From assembly GCF_049337375.1 (NCBI RefSeq), contig NZ_JBMPIV010000001.1: 64,000 nt of DNA, one strand, 5' to 3'. Below, one piece after another: positions 38,189 to 48,384 of the stretch (positions within the stretch are counted from its first letter, which is position 1; each line of letters starts with the position of its first letter). A program made the translations under genes and the position numbers. Under the pieces are notes generated by a model. That model had not been told where the DNA came from. It worked only from the letters and a program-made list of their open reading frames with translations, and did not search any database. The stretch is from Nannocystis pusilla (GTDB lineage Bacteria > Myxococcota_A > Polyangia > Nannocystales > Nannocystaceae).

Positions 38189-39802
38189 TCACTCGCCGCC
38201 GAGGCAGACACCGTCGCGGCGGGGGTCGCCGAAGCCCGACAGGCGGCCGTCCTTGGCGCGCTGGACGGTGTGGACGCCGCCGAAGAACATGTTGAGGCCG
38301 GGCCAGGCGGTGGTGCGGTCGAACAGGCCGGCGAGGAGCTCGGCGGCGGCCGGGGAGAGGCCGGCCTCGAAGCTGACGTGGTCGCCCTCGACGTGGATCC
38401 GCGGGGCCGCGATCGCCGCGGGCAGGGGCAGGCCGAAGTCGAGGACGTTGGAGACGACTTGGAGGACGGCGGTGCGGATCCGCTTCGAGCCGCCGCTGCC
38501 GCACACGAGCAGGCCGCCGTCGTCGCCGACGATCGCCGTCGGCGACATCATCGACGCCAGGCGCTGATCGAGCGGCCAGGCGTGCGGGCCCGGCGGGTTG
38601 ACGTCGTCCTCGCCGAGCATGTTGTTGAGCATCATGCCGGTGCCGGGGACGATCTCGCCGCAGCCCTCGCCGTTGCTGACGGTGGCGGAGGCGGCGTTGC
38701 CGGCGGCGTCGATGACGCTGACGTGGGTGGTGCCGCGGCTGCGCAGCGGGCCGGCCAGCGCCGCGGCGTGGGCCGCCAGCAGGTCGCCGCCGAGCCAGGT
38801 CGCCTCGACGCCCTCGCGCGGCGGGCCGGCGGTCGCGCGCGCGCGCACGGTCTCGGCCTGGACGCGGGCCAGCAGGGCCGCGTGCTCGGCTGTGTGAAAG
38901 CCCATGTCTTTCAGGGCATGTCCGGAGAGCAAGGCGAGGGCGAAGGCGATCATCAGCCCGCCGGCGGCCGGCGGCGGGTTGGTGAGCAGGGTGGCGTCGC
39001 GGTAGCGCAGGCGCAGCGGGGCGCGGGCCTTTACGCGGTAGGCGGCGAGGTCGTCGGCGGTGATGTGGCCGCCGGCCTCGCGGCTCTGGCGGACGATCGC
39101 GGCGGCGACGTCGCCGCGGTAGAACAGGTCCTCGCCCTCGCGCGCGAGCTGCTCGAGCATGTCCCCGAGGACAGGGTTGACGAGGCGCCCGCCGGCCTTG
39201 ACCGGCGTCGGCGCGCCGCCCTCGACGGCCGCGGGGTCGCCGAAGATCGCGCGGGCGGCCGGCAGCTCGAGGTAGATCGGCGCCACCAGCGTCATGAGGT
39301 AGGCCATGAACGGCGACACGGCGATGCCGTCGCGGGCGGCCTGCACCGCGGGGGCGGCGATGACGGGCATCGGCAGGCGCGCGAGCTCGCGGTGGACGGC
39401 GAACATGCCGGCGACGAGGCCCGGCGTGGCGGCGCAGCCGACCCCGATGTGGAACGCCTGCTGCGCGGTGCCCCAGTCGGTGATCACCTCGCGCGCGTTG
39501 GCCTCGGCCTGCGGCCGGCGCACGCGCGGCGTGTGCACGAAGGCGTCGTAGAGCCGCGGCTCGCCGCCGGCCGGGAGCGCGAGGATGAAGCCGCCGCCGC
39601 CGGGCGAGGCGAGCACCGGCTCGGCGACACACGCGGCCATCAGCGCGGCGAGCACGGCGTCGAACGCGTTGCCCCCGGCCGCGAGCGCGTGCATGGCGGC
39701 CGCTGCGGTGACGGGGTGACCGGCGGCGACGCAGCCGCGGCGGTCGTGATGGAACTCGGGTGGCGTGACCGCTGTGTATCGTGCGTGAGGGGTCGCGCGC
39801 AA
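38189..39802 (-). CDS. ggt: gamma-glutamyltransferase family protein
   Basis: 537 aa; Thr nucleophile region GTTHVSVIDAAGNA, GGS..GGS motifs; two GGRCATGYCC repeat units lie inside the CDS (38900-38925, 39155-39177). Confidence 0.85.
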   Translation of the reverse strand: MRATPHARYTAVTPPEFHHDRRGCVAAGHPVTAAAAMHALAAGGNAFDAVLAALMAACVAEPVLASPGGGGFILALPAGGEPRLYDAFVHTPRVRRPQAEANAREVITDWGTAQQAFHIGVGCAATPGLVAGMFAVHRELARLPMPVIAAPAVQAARDGIAVSPFMAYLMTLVAPIYLELPAARAIFGDPAAVEGGAPTPVKAGGRLVNPVLGDMLEQLAREGEDLFYRGDVAAAIVRQSREAGGHITADDLAAYRVKARAPLRLRYRDATLLTNPPPAAGGLMIAFALALLSGHALKDMGFHTAEHAALLARVQAETVRARATAGPPREGVEATWLGGDLLAAHAAALAGPLRSRGTTHVSVIDAAGNAASATVSNGEGCGEIVPGTGMMLNNMLGEDDVNPPGPHAWPLDQRLASMMSPTAIVGDDGGLLVCGSGGSKRIRTAVLQVVSNVLDFGLPLPAAIAAPRIHVEGDHVSFEAGLSPAAAELLAGLFDRTTAWPGLNMFFGGVHTVQRAKDGRLSGFGDPRRDGVCLGGE

Positions 39803-39845
39803 CGGCGCTTGGCGCGTCGGGGGGCCGCCGGTATCCTCGCCGCCG

Positions 39846-40772
39846 ATGTCGACCCCGCATCCTGCTTCGCCCGAGGCCCGTGATCGTCTGGTGCTGGGAG
39901 TCGTCGGCGGCTCGGGGCTGTACGAGATCGAGGGGCTCGAAGAGGTCGAGCAGGTCGCGCTCGAGACGCCCTTCGGACGACCGTCCGACGCCTACACGGT
40001 GGGGCTCCTGCCGCGGGCGGACGGGCTGCCGCCGGTGCGCGCGGTGTTCCTGCCGCGGCACGGACGCGGACACGTGCTGCTGCCTTCGGAGATCAACTTC
40101 CGCGCCAACGTGCACGGCTTCAAGCAGCTCGGCGTGACCCACCTGCTCAGCGTGTCGGCGGTCGGCTCGCTGCGCGAGGACATCGCGCCCGGCGACGTCG
40201 TCATCCCCGACCAGTTCATCGACCGCACCGCCGGCCGCGCCCAGACCTTCTTCGGCGGCGGGCTGGTGGCGCACGTGCAGATGGGCGACCCGGTCGACGC
40301 CGGGCTGTCGCGCCGCGTCGCCGGCGCGGCCGAGGCCGAGGGCGCCCGCGTCCACGTCGGCGGCACGTGCGTGGTGATGGAGGGCCCGGCGTTCTCGACC
40401 CGCGCCGAGTCCAACCTGTACCGCTCGTGGGGCGCGCACGTGATCGGCATGACCGCGCTGCCCGAGGCCAAGCTCGCCCGCGAGGCCGAGATCGCCTACG
40501 CCCTGGTGGCGCTGGCCACCGACTACGACTGCTGGCACCAGAGCGAGGGCGAGGTCAGCGTCGAGGCCGTGATCGCGGTGCTCAAGGCCAACGTGGCGCT
40601 GTCGCGCCGCCTCATCGCCCGCGTGGCCGCCGGCCTGCCGGTGTCGACCGCCGAGCTGCCGTACCCGCGCGCGCTGCAGCACGCGCTCATCACCGATCCC
40701 ACGCGGATCCCGGCGGAGACGCGCGAGCGCCTCGAGCTGATCGCGGGGCACCTGCTGCAGGCGCCGGAGTGA
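39846..40772 (+). CDS. mtnP: S-methyl-5'-thioadenosine phosphorylase
   Basis: 308 aa PNP/MTAP family: GVVGGSGLY, GMTALPEAKLAREAEI, phosphate/purine-binding motifs. Confidence 0.85.
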   Translation: MSTPHPASPEARDRLVLGVVGGSGLYEIEGLEEVEQVALETPFGRPSDAYTVGLLPRADGLPPVRAVFLPRHGRGHVLLPSEINFRANVHGFKQLGVTHLLSVSAVGSLREDIAPGDVVIPDQFIDRTAGRAQTFFGGGLVAHVQMGDPVDAGLSRRVAGAAEAEGARVHVGGTCVVMEGPAFSTRAESNLYRSWGAHVIGMTALPEAKLAREAEIAYALVALATDYDCWHQSEGEVSVEAVIAVLKANVALSRRLIARVAAGLPVSTAELPYPRALQHALITDPTRIPAETRERLELIAGHLLQAPE

Positions 40773-40834
40773 GATGTCCCAGAGGACATGTGCCAGTGCG
40801 CATGTCCGTCGATGCCTGTCCTTTCAGGCATGTT
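40771..40834. repeat. ATGTCC-caga-GGACAT hairpin plus CATGTCC / CTGTCCTTTCAGGCATG units between mtnP and PfkB kinase gene
   Basis: Read directly; overlaps mtnP stop. Confidence 0.65.
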
Positions 40835-40861
40835 TGAACGAACAGCAACGAAGAGAGAGCC

Positions 40862-41803
40862 ATGACCGTCAGTAAGCCCCACCTCGTCGTCGTCGGCAGC
40901 GTCGCCATCGACTGGATCATCACGCCCCGCGCCGAGCGGCCCGAGAGCGTCGGCGGATCGGCGACCTTCTTCGCGATGGCGGCGTCGTACCTGTCCCAGG
41001 TGCGGCTGGTCGGCGTGGTCGGGCGCGACTTCCCCGACTACGCGGTGGCCGACCTCAAGGCGGCGGGCGTCGACACGTCCGGCCTCGAGATCGTGCAGGA
41101 CGGGCTGACCTTCCGCTGGAAGGGCCAGTACCACGAGAACATGAACGACCGGACGACGCTCGAGACGCACCTCAACGTGTTCGAGAAGTTCCAGCCGCGC
41201 CTGCCGGACGAGTTCCGCGGCAGCGAGTTCCTGTTCCTGGCCAACATCCAGCCGCGCCTGCAGAGCGACGTGTTCGCGCAGATGCAGCGGCCCCGCCTGG
41301 TCGGCCTCGACACGATGAACCTGTGGATCTCGATCGCCAACGACGACCTCAAGGCGGTGCTGAAGAACGTCGACGTGCTGACCCTCAACGACGAGGAGGC
41401 CCGCCAGCTCAGCGGGGAGCACAACATCGTGAAGGCGGCCCGCGCGGTCCGAGCCCTCGGACCCCGCAACGTGGTGATCAAGCGCGGCGAGTACGGGGCG
41501 CTGCTGTTCGACGCGGACGGCGAGGTGTTCTCGGCGCCGGCGCTGCCGCTCGAAGAGGTGGTCGACCCGACGGGCGCAGGCGACAGCTTCGCCGGCGGCT
41601 TCATGGGCTACCTGGCCCGCCCTGGCGTGGAGACCAGCGGAGCCTCGCTGCGCACCGCGATGATCTACGGGTCGGTGATGGCCTCGTTCTGCGTCGAGGG
41701 GTTCTCGTACGACCGGCTGAAGGGGCTCGACGCGGCGACGATCCAGAAGCGCTTCGAGACGTTCGCTTCGCTGACGAACTTTGCGCGGGCCAGCTTGACC
41801 TGA
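40862..41803 (+). CDS. PfkB-family carbohydrate/nucleoside kinase
   Basis: 313 aa; DPTGAGDSFAGGF ATP-binding signature, N-terminal GS..D ribokinase-like motif. Confidence 0.8.
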   Translation: MTVSKPHLVVVGSVAIDWIITPRAERPESVGGSATFFAMAASYLSQVRLVGVVGRDFPDYAVADLKAAGVDTSGLEIVQDGLTFRWKGQYHENMNDRTTLETHLNVFEKFQPRLPDEFRGSEFLFLANIQPRLQSDVFAQMQRPRLVGLDTMNLWISIANDDLKAVLKNVDVLTLNDEEARQLSGEHNIVKAARAVRALGPRNVVIKRGEYGALLFDADGEVFSAPALPLEEVVDPTGAGDSFAGGFMGYLARPGVETSGASLRTAMIYGSVMASFCVEGFSYDRLKGLDAATIQKRFETFASLTNFARASLT

Positions 41804-41988
41804 GGCCGGAGATTGGCGGTTCGCTAATTGCCGACTGTGAATTTGGCTCAGTTCCGGCGCATACGCCGGAATTCGGGCTACTTGCCAGCCAGTGCCAGGC
41901 GGTTGCCACGGACCGGCGGGGTCGGCCGCATCGGCACCACGGGCGCCAGCGTCGGGGGCGGGGCGGTTCCCGCCAGCATGTCCACCGT

Positions 41989-42226
41989 CTAGCGAGCTTT
42001 CCGGAGCTTGTCGAGGTGGATGTAGTACGTCATGGTCGTGGCCATGAGTGAGTGGCGCGCGAACGCCTGCAGGGCGTAGGGGGCACGCGCCGCCCTCGGC
42101 GAGCAGCGTGAGTACGCTGTGCCGGATCCGGTGAGGTCCCCTATCTGACAATGTCGTGTGAGACACGGCCCCCGCGAAATTTAGAGAGCGGGGCGAGTCC
42201 GTGAATCCAGAGCATGAGCAACCCAA
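41989..42226 (-). pseudogene. tyrosine recombinase (phage integrase) C-terminal remnant with a frameshift
   Basis: Two minus-strand frames give ...LSDRGPHRIRHSVLTLLAEGGA / (shift) / PYALQAFARHSLMATTMTYYIHLDKLRKAR*, i.e. box II HxxRH...LLxxG and LGHSxxxTTxxYxH with catalytic Tyr; N-terminal ~300 aa absent. Confidence 0.55.
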
Positions 42227-42227
42227 C

Positions 42228-42517
42228 CATCAAGAGAAGCGGCAACGAGGAGCAATCGAGTAGGCGGAGCGTGAGCGGGTCGAGGTCGTCGGCCGTCGAT
42301 GTGACGAGTCAGCGACGGCGTAGTCCGGTCGAAGGTCTTGCTGTGCCTGCGGCGGCAACAAGCACCAGAAGCGCCTTCCAAAAGAGCGGCAACGAGGAGC
42401 CATCGAGTAGGCGGGGCGAGCGCGCGTCGCGGTTGTCCACGATGCGAGGCATCCGCAACGATGTAGTCCCGTCGAAATTCTTGCTTCGCCGGGGTCTTCG
42501 TGCGGCGAAGAGCGCAC
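42228..42517. repeat. ~145-bp unit duplicated in tandem (~75% identity) adjacent to integrase remnant
   Basis: aagagaagcggcaacgaggagcaatcgagtaggcggagcg / aaaagagcggcaacgaggagccatcgagtaggcggggcg and gtagtccggtcgaaggtcttgct / gtagtcccgtcgaaattcttgct pairs 145 bp apart. Confidence 0.4.
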
Positions 42518-42719
42518 GAGGGTGGCGTTCGGACTGGAATCGGGCGATGCCACGGAGGCATGGACCTGATGGCGACTCAAGCACGAGAGCCCGACCCCGA
42601 GACTGCCGAGAAGGCGACGCGGCGCCGCTTCACGCCCGCTGACCCTGCGAACCTGCTCCGTGGACCTCCAAGCGTTCTCGTACTCGATACTTCGACGAAA
42701 TTCCCACTTCGAACCGCTT

Positions 42720-43137
42720 AAGCGCCACCACCCTGCCGTTCGCGGTGGTCGGCGGCGTCGCCGGCGTGTGGTGGACCGGCGGCGTGCTGTCGCTCGGCTC
42801 TCTGGTCGGCCTCGTCACTGCCCTGGGGATCGCCGCGCGCAACGGCATCATGCTCATCAGTCACTTCCGTCACCTCGAGCGCGAGGAAGGCGAGCCGTTC
42901 GGCCCGGCGCTGGTCCTGCGCGGCGCCGCCGAGCGCGTCACGCCGATCATGATGACCGCGCTCGCCACCGGCCTGGCCCTCGTCCCGCTGGCCCTCGGCG
43001 ACGACCGCCCAGGTCAGGAGATCGAGCACCCGATGGCAGTGGTGATCCTCGGCGGCCTGGTGACCTCGACGGCCCTCAACCTGTTCGTCGTGCCGGTCCT
43101 GTATCTGCGCTTCGGCGCGACTCAACGGCCTCGGTGA
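42720..43137 (+). pseudogene. CzcA/CusA-family RND permease, C-terminal fragment only (~135 aa)
   Basis: ...[58 protein letters not shown]...[23 protein letters not shown] matches the last TM helices of HME-RND pumps; no upstream continuation. Confidence 0.65.
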
Positions 43138-43153
43138 TCGTAGCCCCATCCGG

Positions 43154-44212
43154 TCATCCGCGTGACCCGGTCCGGGGGAGGCGGACGACGAACGCCGCCC
43201 CGCCGCGAGCGGCGCGCTCGACGTGGATCTCACCCCCGTGGCCCTCGATGACCCGCCGGACGATCGCCAGCCCCAGCCCGAGCCCTGCGCGGGCGTCGAC
43301 ACGATCGGCGACGGGCGACGCTCCGCGCACGAACGGCTGGAAGATCCGCTCGCGCTCCTGGGCCGGCACCCCGGGCCCCTCATCGCTGACGACGATGTCG
43401 ATCGCGGCGGTCGTGACCCGGCTTTCGAGGCAGACGGTGCTGCCGCGCGGAGTATGTGCAATCGCGTTGGCGACGATGTTCCCCAGTGCGCCTTCCATCA
43501 ATCCGCGCTCGACCGTCAATTCGTCCAGCCCCACACGACAGACCTGGATCACCACTCCCGCAGCCCTCGCCGCAGGCAGCCAGCGCTCGGCGACCGCATG
43601 AGCGAGGCTGGCCACGCTCGCAGGCTCGCGGCGGATGATGATGCCGGCGCGCGCCAGCATCAGCAACGATTCGACCAGCCTGGACATATGGCGGACCTCT
43701 CCCAGCGCGCGATTCGCCGCCACTTCCCACTCCTCGCGCGTGCGAGGCCTGCGCAGGGCGACCTCGAGCGTGCTCGACAGCACCGCGAGTGGCGAACGCA
43801 GCTCGTGCGAAGCGTCGGCCGCGAATTGGCGCTGCAGGGCGGTGCCCCGCTCGAGCCGGGTGAACAGGCCGTTGAGCGCCTCGCTGAGGGCGTCGAGCTC
43901 GTCGCCGGTCGACGACACCGGCAGTCGTTCGCCGAGGTGCTCCGCCGACATACGGGCCGCCGCGCGGACGACCGTGTCCACGCGCTTCACGGCCCGGCGC
44001 GCGTGCCAGTGGGCGCCGAAGACGGCGAGCAGGAGCCCGAGCGGGGCCGCCGCGGCCAGCGCCAGCCCGACCTGCTCGAACGCCTCGGCCAGCGCGTCCT
44101 CCTCGACAAATGCCCCCGCCTGCTCCTCCTCCTCTTCGTCGAGATAGACGATGAGGCCGGCCGTCCCCGCGAAGACCACCAGACTGAGCGCGGTCGAGGC
44201 GCCGATCCACAT
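43154..44212 (-). CDS. sensor histidine kinase (two TM, short periplasmic loop, HisKA + HATPase_c; CusS/CzcS-like)
   Basis: ATG at 44212 (MWIGASTALSLVVF); H-box ASHELRSPL; N, G1 (DEGPGV), G2 (GLGLGLAIV) boxes. Confidence 0.75.
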   Translation of the reverse strand: MWIGASTALSLVVFAGTAGLIVYLDEEEEEQAGAFVEEDALAEAFEQVGLALAAAAPLGLLLAVFGAHWHARRAVKRVDTVVRAAARMSAEHLGERLPVSSTGDELDALSEALNGLFTRLERGTALQRQFAADASHELRSPLAVLSSTLEVALRRPRTREEWEVAANRALGEVRHMSRLVESLLMLARAGIIIRREPASVASLAHAVAERWLPAARAAGVVIQVCRVGLDELTVERGLMEGALGNIVANAIAHTPRGSTVCLESRVTTAAIDIVVSDEGPGVPAQERERIFQPFVRGASPVADRVDARAGLGLGLAIVRRVIEGHGGEIHVERAARGGAAFVVRLPRTGSRG

Positions 44213-44250
44213 GGCTAGCCCCGCGCCGAACGACCGCGTGCCGCGCCGCC

Positions 44251-44919
44251 TCAATTGGCACCTACCTTGCAGCGCAACCCGGCGCCGCGCACCGTCTCGA
44301 TTCGGACCGCCTTGCCGACGAGCTTGCGCCGCAGGTGCGTGAGGTGGACATCGATCGTATTCGTGCCCGGATCGACGGCGCAGCCGAACACGTCGCGGAG
44401 GATGTCGCCGCGCGGTACGACCTCGCCGCGGCGGCGCAGCAGATACGACAGTAGGGCGTACTCTCGCGGCGAGAGCGCGACTTCCTGGCCCGCGCAGCGG
44501 ACCACGTGGCCGTCGTCGAGGACCACCTCCTCGCTGCTCCGCGGCCACCAGCGCGGCTGACTCGCCCGCCGGCTCAGGGCGCGGATCCTGGCGACCAACT
44601 CGCCGAACGCGAACGGCTTGACGAGGTAATCATCAGCACCCAGCTCGAATGCCCGCACCCGCGCCTCGAGGGCGTCACGCGCGGTCAGGACCAGCACCGG
44701 CACGGGTCGATGCAGTCGTCGCAATTCCTGCAAAACATCGAGTCCGTCGCCGTCGGGCAAGCCGAGGTCGAGGACGATGACGTCCAGATCGGCGCCGCGG
44801 GCGCGACACAACGCGGCGGCCGCCTCCGCCACGTGGACCACGTCCATCCCTTCCTCTTGGAGACCCTGCTGAATGACCTCGAACAATGTTGCATTGTCCT
44901 CGACGAGCAGAATTCTCAT
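44251..44919 (-). CDS. OmpR-family response regulator (CusR/CzcR-like)
   Basis: ATG at 44919 (MRILLVEDN); receiver Asp in VIVLDLGLPDGDG; winged-helix C-domain ...VHLTHLRRKL. Confidence 0.85.
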   Translation of the reverse strand: MRILLVEDNATLFEVIQQGLQEEGMDVVHVAEAAAALCRARGADLDVIVLDLGLPDGDGLDVLQELRRLHRPVPVLVLTARDALEARVRAFELGADDYLVKPFAFGELVARIRALSRRASQPRWWPRSSEEVVLDDGHVVRCAGQEVALSPREYALLSYLLRRRGEVVPRGDILRDVFGCAVDPGTNTIDVHLTHLRRKLVGKAVRIETVRGAGLRCKVGAN

Positions 44920-45155
44920 GGGCACTCCTTGCAATCTCTGCACAGCGCGCAGCGCTCGCGCCGCGCCCCGCTTGGGCCGCCGGGCGGAGCGGACGGGCGC
45001 AGGACGCGTCACGCGCTCGCTTATGCCAGTTTTCCCGGCCCGAGACCATCGGACCGAACATTAAGATCTCATGAATCGTTAAATCTTCGTGTAGCAAACG
45101 AATCGTCGATTGATCCGAGGACGAATGCGATAAAGTGAGAGCAGGAGTGAATCAC

Positions 45156-45683
<528 letters not shown>

Positions 45684-46789
45684 GCAGGTTCGCTGTCCGC
45701 ATGCACCCGCGCTACACCGTCGCGCGTGGACCAACAATAGACAGTCGTCCGGCGAAAGCCGGCTGGCTGTCTATTTCGCGGCCGCGGGCGTGGCGCTCGC
45801 ATTGATCCGAAAGCTCACCCGATCCTGCACACCACCGAGGGCGAGCCTCGCGCAGCGCGGCGGAGATGCGGACCGGCGAACGAATGACGGCGCGGCTCAT
45901 CGCACCGAGCGTTACGGATCGGCACCGGCCGTTCCGAGCCGCCGATCACTCGCGGTTCTGTTCGTCGTTGTCACCGTCGTGGCGACGCACTGGATGATCT
46001 CGCACTGGCCGGGTTGCAGCAGCATGGTCGTCGCGGCCTCGCAGACGACCATGGCCATGCTGACCTCGCCTGCGCGATGGACGGTTCCCGAAGCTGGGCA
46101 CCGCAGCGAGGTCTTGATCGCGGGCGAGAGCCTCAGCCGTCCCGCCTGCGACACGTTCGGCACCCTGCTCCACGAGGCTGCGCATGGGGTTCGGGCACCT
46201 GGGCGCAGACATTCCCGCCCGACTCCGACCTCGTGCCGCTGCTGACAAAGGGCTCGTCCTCGCGGGTCGGCCGGAGTCCTTGACGTTCGCCGCCACGGGA
46301 CGCGGAGGAGGGCCCGCGTCGACGCGCGGGCCCTCATGTCAGGGGCACGCCGGGCGGCCGGTCGTCGCGCGCGAGCTCGGCCGCGCTGGCGCATAGGTCG
46401 GGCCATTGCTCGAGCAGGGCGCCGAAGCGGGCGAGCAGTATGCGATCCGAGTGAGCCGAGGACTCCGATGCCGCATGACGCCGCCGATCCCCACGTCCGT
46501 GATGCGCGACGGCGACGAGCTCGGCCATCCGCGCGGGAGGTCGAGCCACGGTCGGTGAACATCAGGGAAGACACGCAACCCCCTTGCGCCTCTTGCGCCA
46601 GTCCCCTCGTGCGAGCTGCAAGCCCCAAGAAAATGCAGGGCAGGATCGCGCGGGCCACCTGGAGTGAGCCGCTTGTGGCAGCCTCAAGGGGAAGGAAGCG
46701 CGACGATGGAGACCTCTCCAAGCCCCTAGCCCAACGGACGGACCTCTCCAAGCCCCTCGCCCTGCGAACGGACTTGGTCCGAGCACAAG

Positions 46790-46925
46790 GAAGTCGGGGC
46801 CGACTTCATCGGCGGGCTGATTGACGGCCGCTATGAGGTCACCCGCAGGCTGGCCAAGGGCGGCATGGCCCACGTGTTCCTCGCTAAGGACCGGACGCGG
46901 AAGTGCCACGTGGCGATCAAGATTC
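46790..46925 (+). pseudogene. Ser/Thr protein kinase N-terminal fragment (subdomains I-II only)
   Basis: ...DFIGGLIDGRYEVTRRLAKGGMAHVFLAKDRTRKCHVAIKILHR then sequence diverges into non-kinase text; no catalytic loop follows. Confidence 0.45.
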
Positions 46926-46976
46926 TGCACCGCGTCAGCGCATCGGCTCGGCGCCGCATATACTGGACGCGTGCGG

Positions 46977-47642
46977 ATGCCGTGGTTGTTGTTCGCGCTG
47001 CTCTGCGCCTGTGGGCCGACCCCGCCCGAGCCAGCCGGCACCGCGACGGAGACGACTTCGAACGTGACGTCCTCGACGTCCTCGTCGACATCGTCCGGCG
47101 CGAGCGACCCAGTCACCACCACGACCGAGCCTCCGCTCGATCTGCCGTCCGTCACGCCCGAGGCCGGCTGCGCAGCGCTGTGTGCGGCGCAGGCGGCGTG
47201 CCGCGGCGTGCCAGTCGATCCCGAGTGCGTCCCCGGATGTGTCGATGGCCTCGGACACGGAGCGGGCCATGAGCCCGGATGCATCGCCGCTGACGCCGTG
47301 CTCACCGACTGCCTCGCCACCCTGAGCTGCGAGGTCGTGCAGGACGATGGCGGTGTCCGAGCCTGCGAGCCCGAGCTGCGGGCGATGCTGGAGGCCTGCT
47401 CCCTCTGTCACAGCGACGCCGGTTGGCTCGACCTGGACTCCTGCTTCATCGATGACCTCTGCCCCGAAGGCCTCCGACGCGTCGAGTGTGACGCCTCCTC
47501 GTGTGTATGCACCTTCGAGGGCGAGGTGCTCGCCGTCTGTCCGGGCGGGTGCGACCCCGACGGCCTCCCGTCGGGCGGTTTCGCCTGCTGCTCCCAGCTC
47601 GCGCGCTCGCATCCTCCAAGCAGTGCAGGACTCCAGCTCTGA
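46977..47642 (+). CDS. hypothetical Cys-rich lipoprotein
   Basis: ATG 46977; MPWLLFALLCAC signal/lipobox; Ser/Thr linker; >20 Cys in ~150 aa. Confidence 0.45.
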   Translation: MPWLLFALLCACGPTPPEPAGTATETTSNVTSSTSSSTSSGASDPVTTTTEPPLDLPSVTPEAGCAALCAAQAACRGVPVDPECVPGCVDGLGHGAGHEPGCIAADAVLTDCLATLSCEVVQDDGGVRACEPELRAMLEACSLCHSDAGWLDLDSCFIDDLCPEGLRRVECDASSCVCTFEGEVLAVCPGGCDPDGLPSGGFACCSQLARSHPPSSAGLQL

Positions 47643-47696
47643 CTGGGGGGGCGGCAGGACGTCCGTCAGCTCGAGGCTGCTGCCTGAAGGTATGAT

Positions 47697-48239
47697 GTGG
47701 CCATGAAGAAGCTCCCCGAAATCCGCGACGCGTTCCTCGGACTCGAGTGGGAAGAGGCGGACAAGACCACCGCTGACTACCGCCTCCTGGAGCGGCTGCA
47801 CAAGGAGGGCTATCATCCGATCCAGGTCGGCCGCTCGACCTTCGTGATCGAACAGTGCGAGGACGGCGACTCGGTGCCCCATCTCGGCGCCACAGACGCG
47901 CTGCGGATTACCGTCCACGGCGACAAGGACCTCCACGAGCAGGAAAACATCTATTACATCTGGGGCGGTCGCTACGGAATCGCCTCTGGAGGGATATACG
48001 AGTCCGATGGCGCCCAGGTCAGCGCGACGCCCTTCGACCGGGACGAGTTGGTAACGCCCCGAGCGGTGGTCCCCGCGGTTCGCATGCTCCTCGACAGTGC
48101 TCGCAACAAGCTAGATCACCACCCGTGCGAAGCTGACGGAAAGTTCGTCGCTGACGACCACTACCGAGAGCTACGACAGAACGTCATTGGCGCCCTTGAA
48201 GCCCTCCAGCAGTATGTCGGCGTGCGATATGGTCGCTAG
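47697..48239 (+). CDS. hypothetical protein (180 aa), lower-GC gene
   Basis: Balanced amino-acid composition, ~60% GC versus ~70% surroundings; no recognisable motif. Confidence 0.45.
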   Translation: MAMKKLPEIRDAFLGLEWEEADKTTADYRLLERLHKEGYHPIQVGRSTFVIEQCEDGDSVPHLGATDALRITVHGDKDLHEQENIYYIWGGRYGIASGGIYESDGAQVSATPFDRDELVTPRAVVPAVRMLLDSARNKLDHHPCEADGKFVADDHYRELRQNVIGALEALQQYVGVRYGR

Positions 48240-48384
48240 GTTACCCGCAAGGCCCCGAGGCCACGGACGGAGGCCGGAGGCTGCCGGGAACCCCTGCCGG
48301 GACAAAGTGGACCAAGGGCCGGACCTTTACGAGCGCCGCGCAGATCCAATGGCTGAAGGCCCCTGGGCGACGAGGCCGGTGAGG

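Noticed and set aside
41825-41837. 13-bp direct repeat TAATTGCCGACTG at 41825 and 50294 as att sites bounding the island
   Set aside because: A 13-bp exact match is expected by chance many times in 64 kb x 64 kb comparisons. No tRNA gene is recognisable next to either copy. It is kept only as a weak hint.
42214-42642. 142-aa plus-strand ORF with internal peptide repeat (SGNEEQSSRRS / SGNEEPSSRRG)
   Set aside because: The repeat is explained by the 145-bp DNA tandem duplication. The ORF is Arg/Ser-rich with no start context and is probably non-coding debris of the decayed element.
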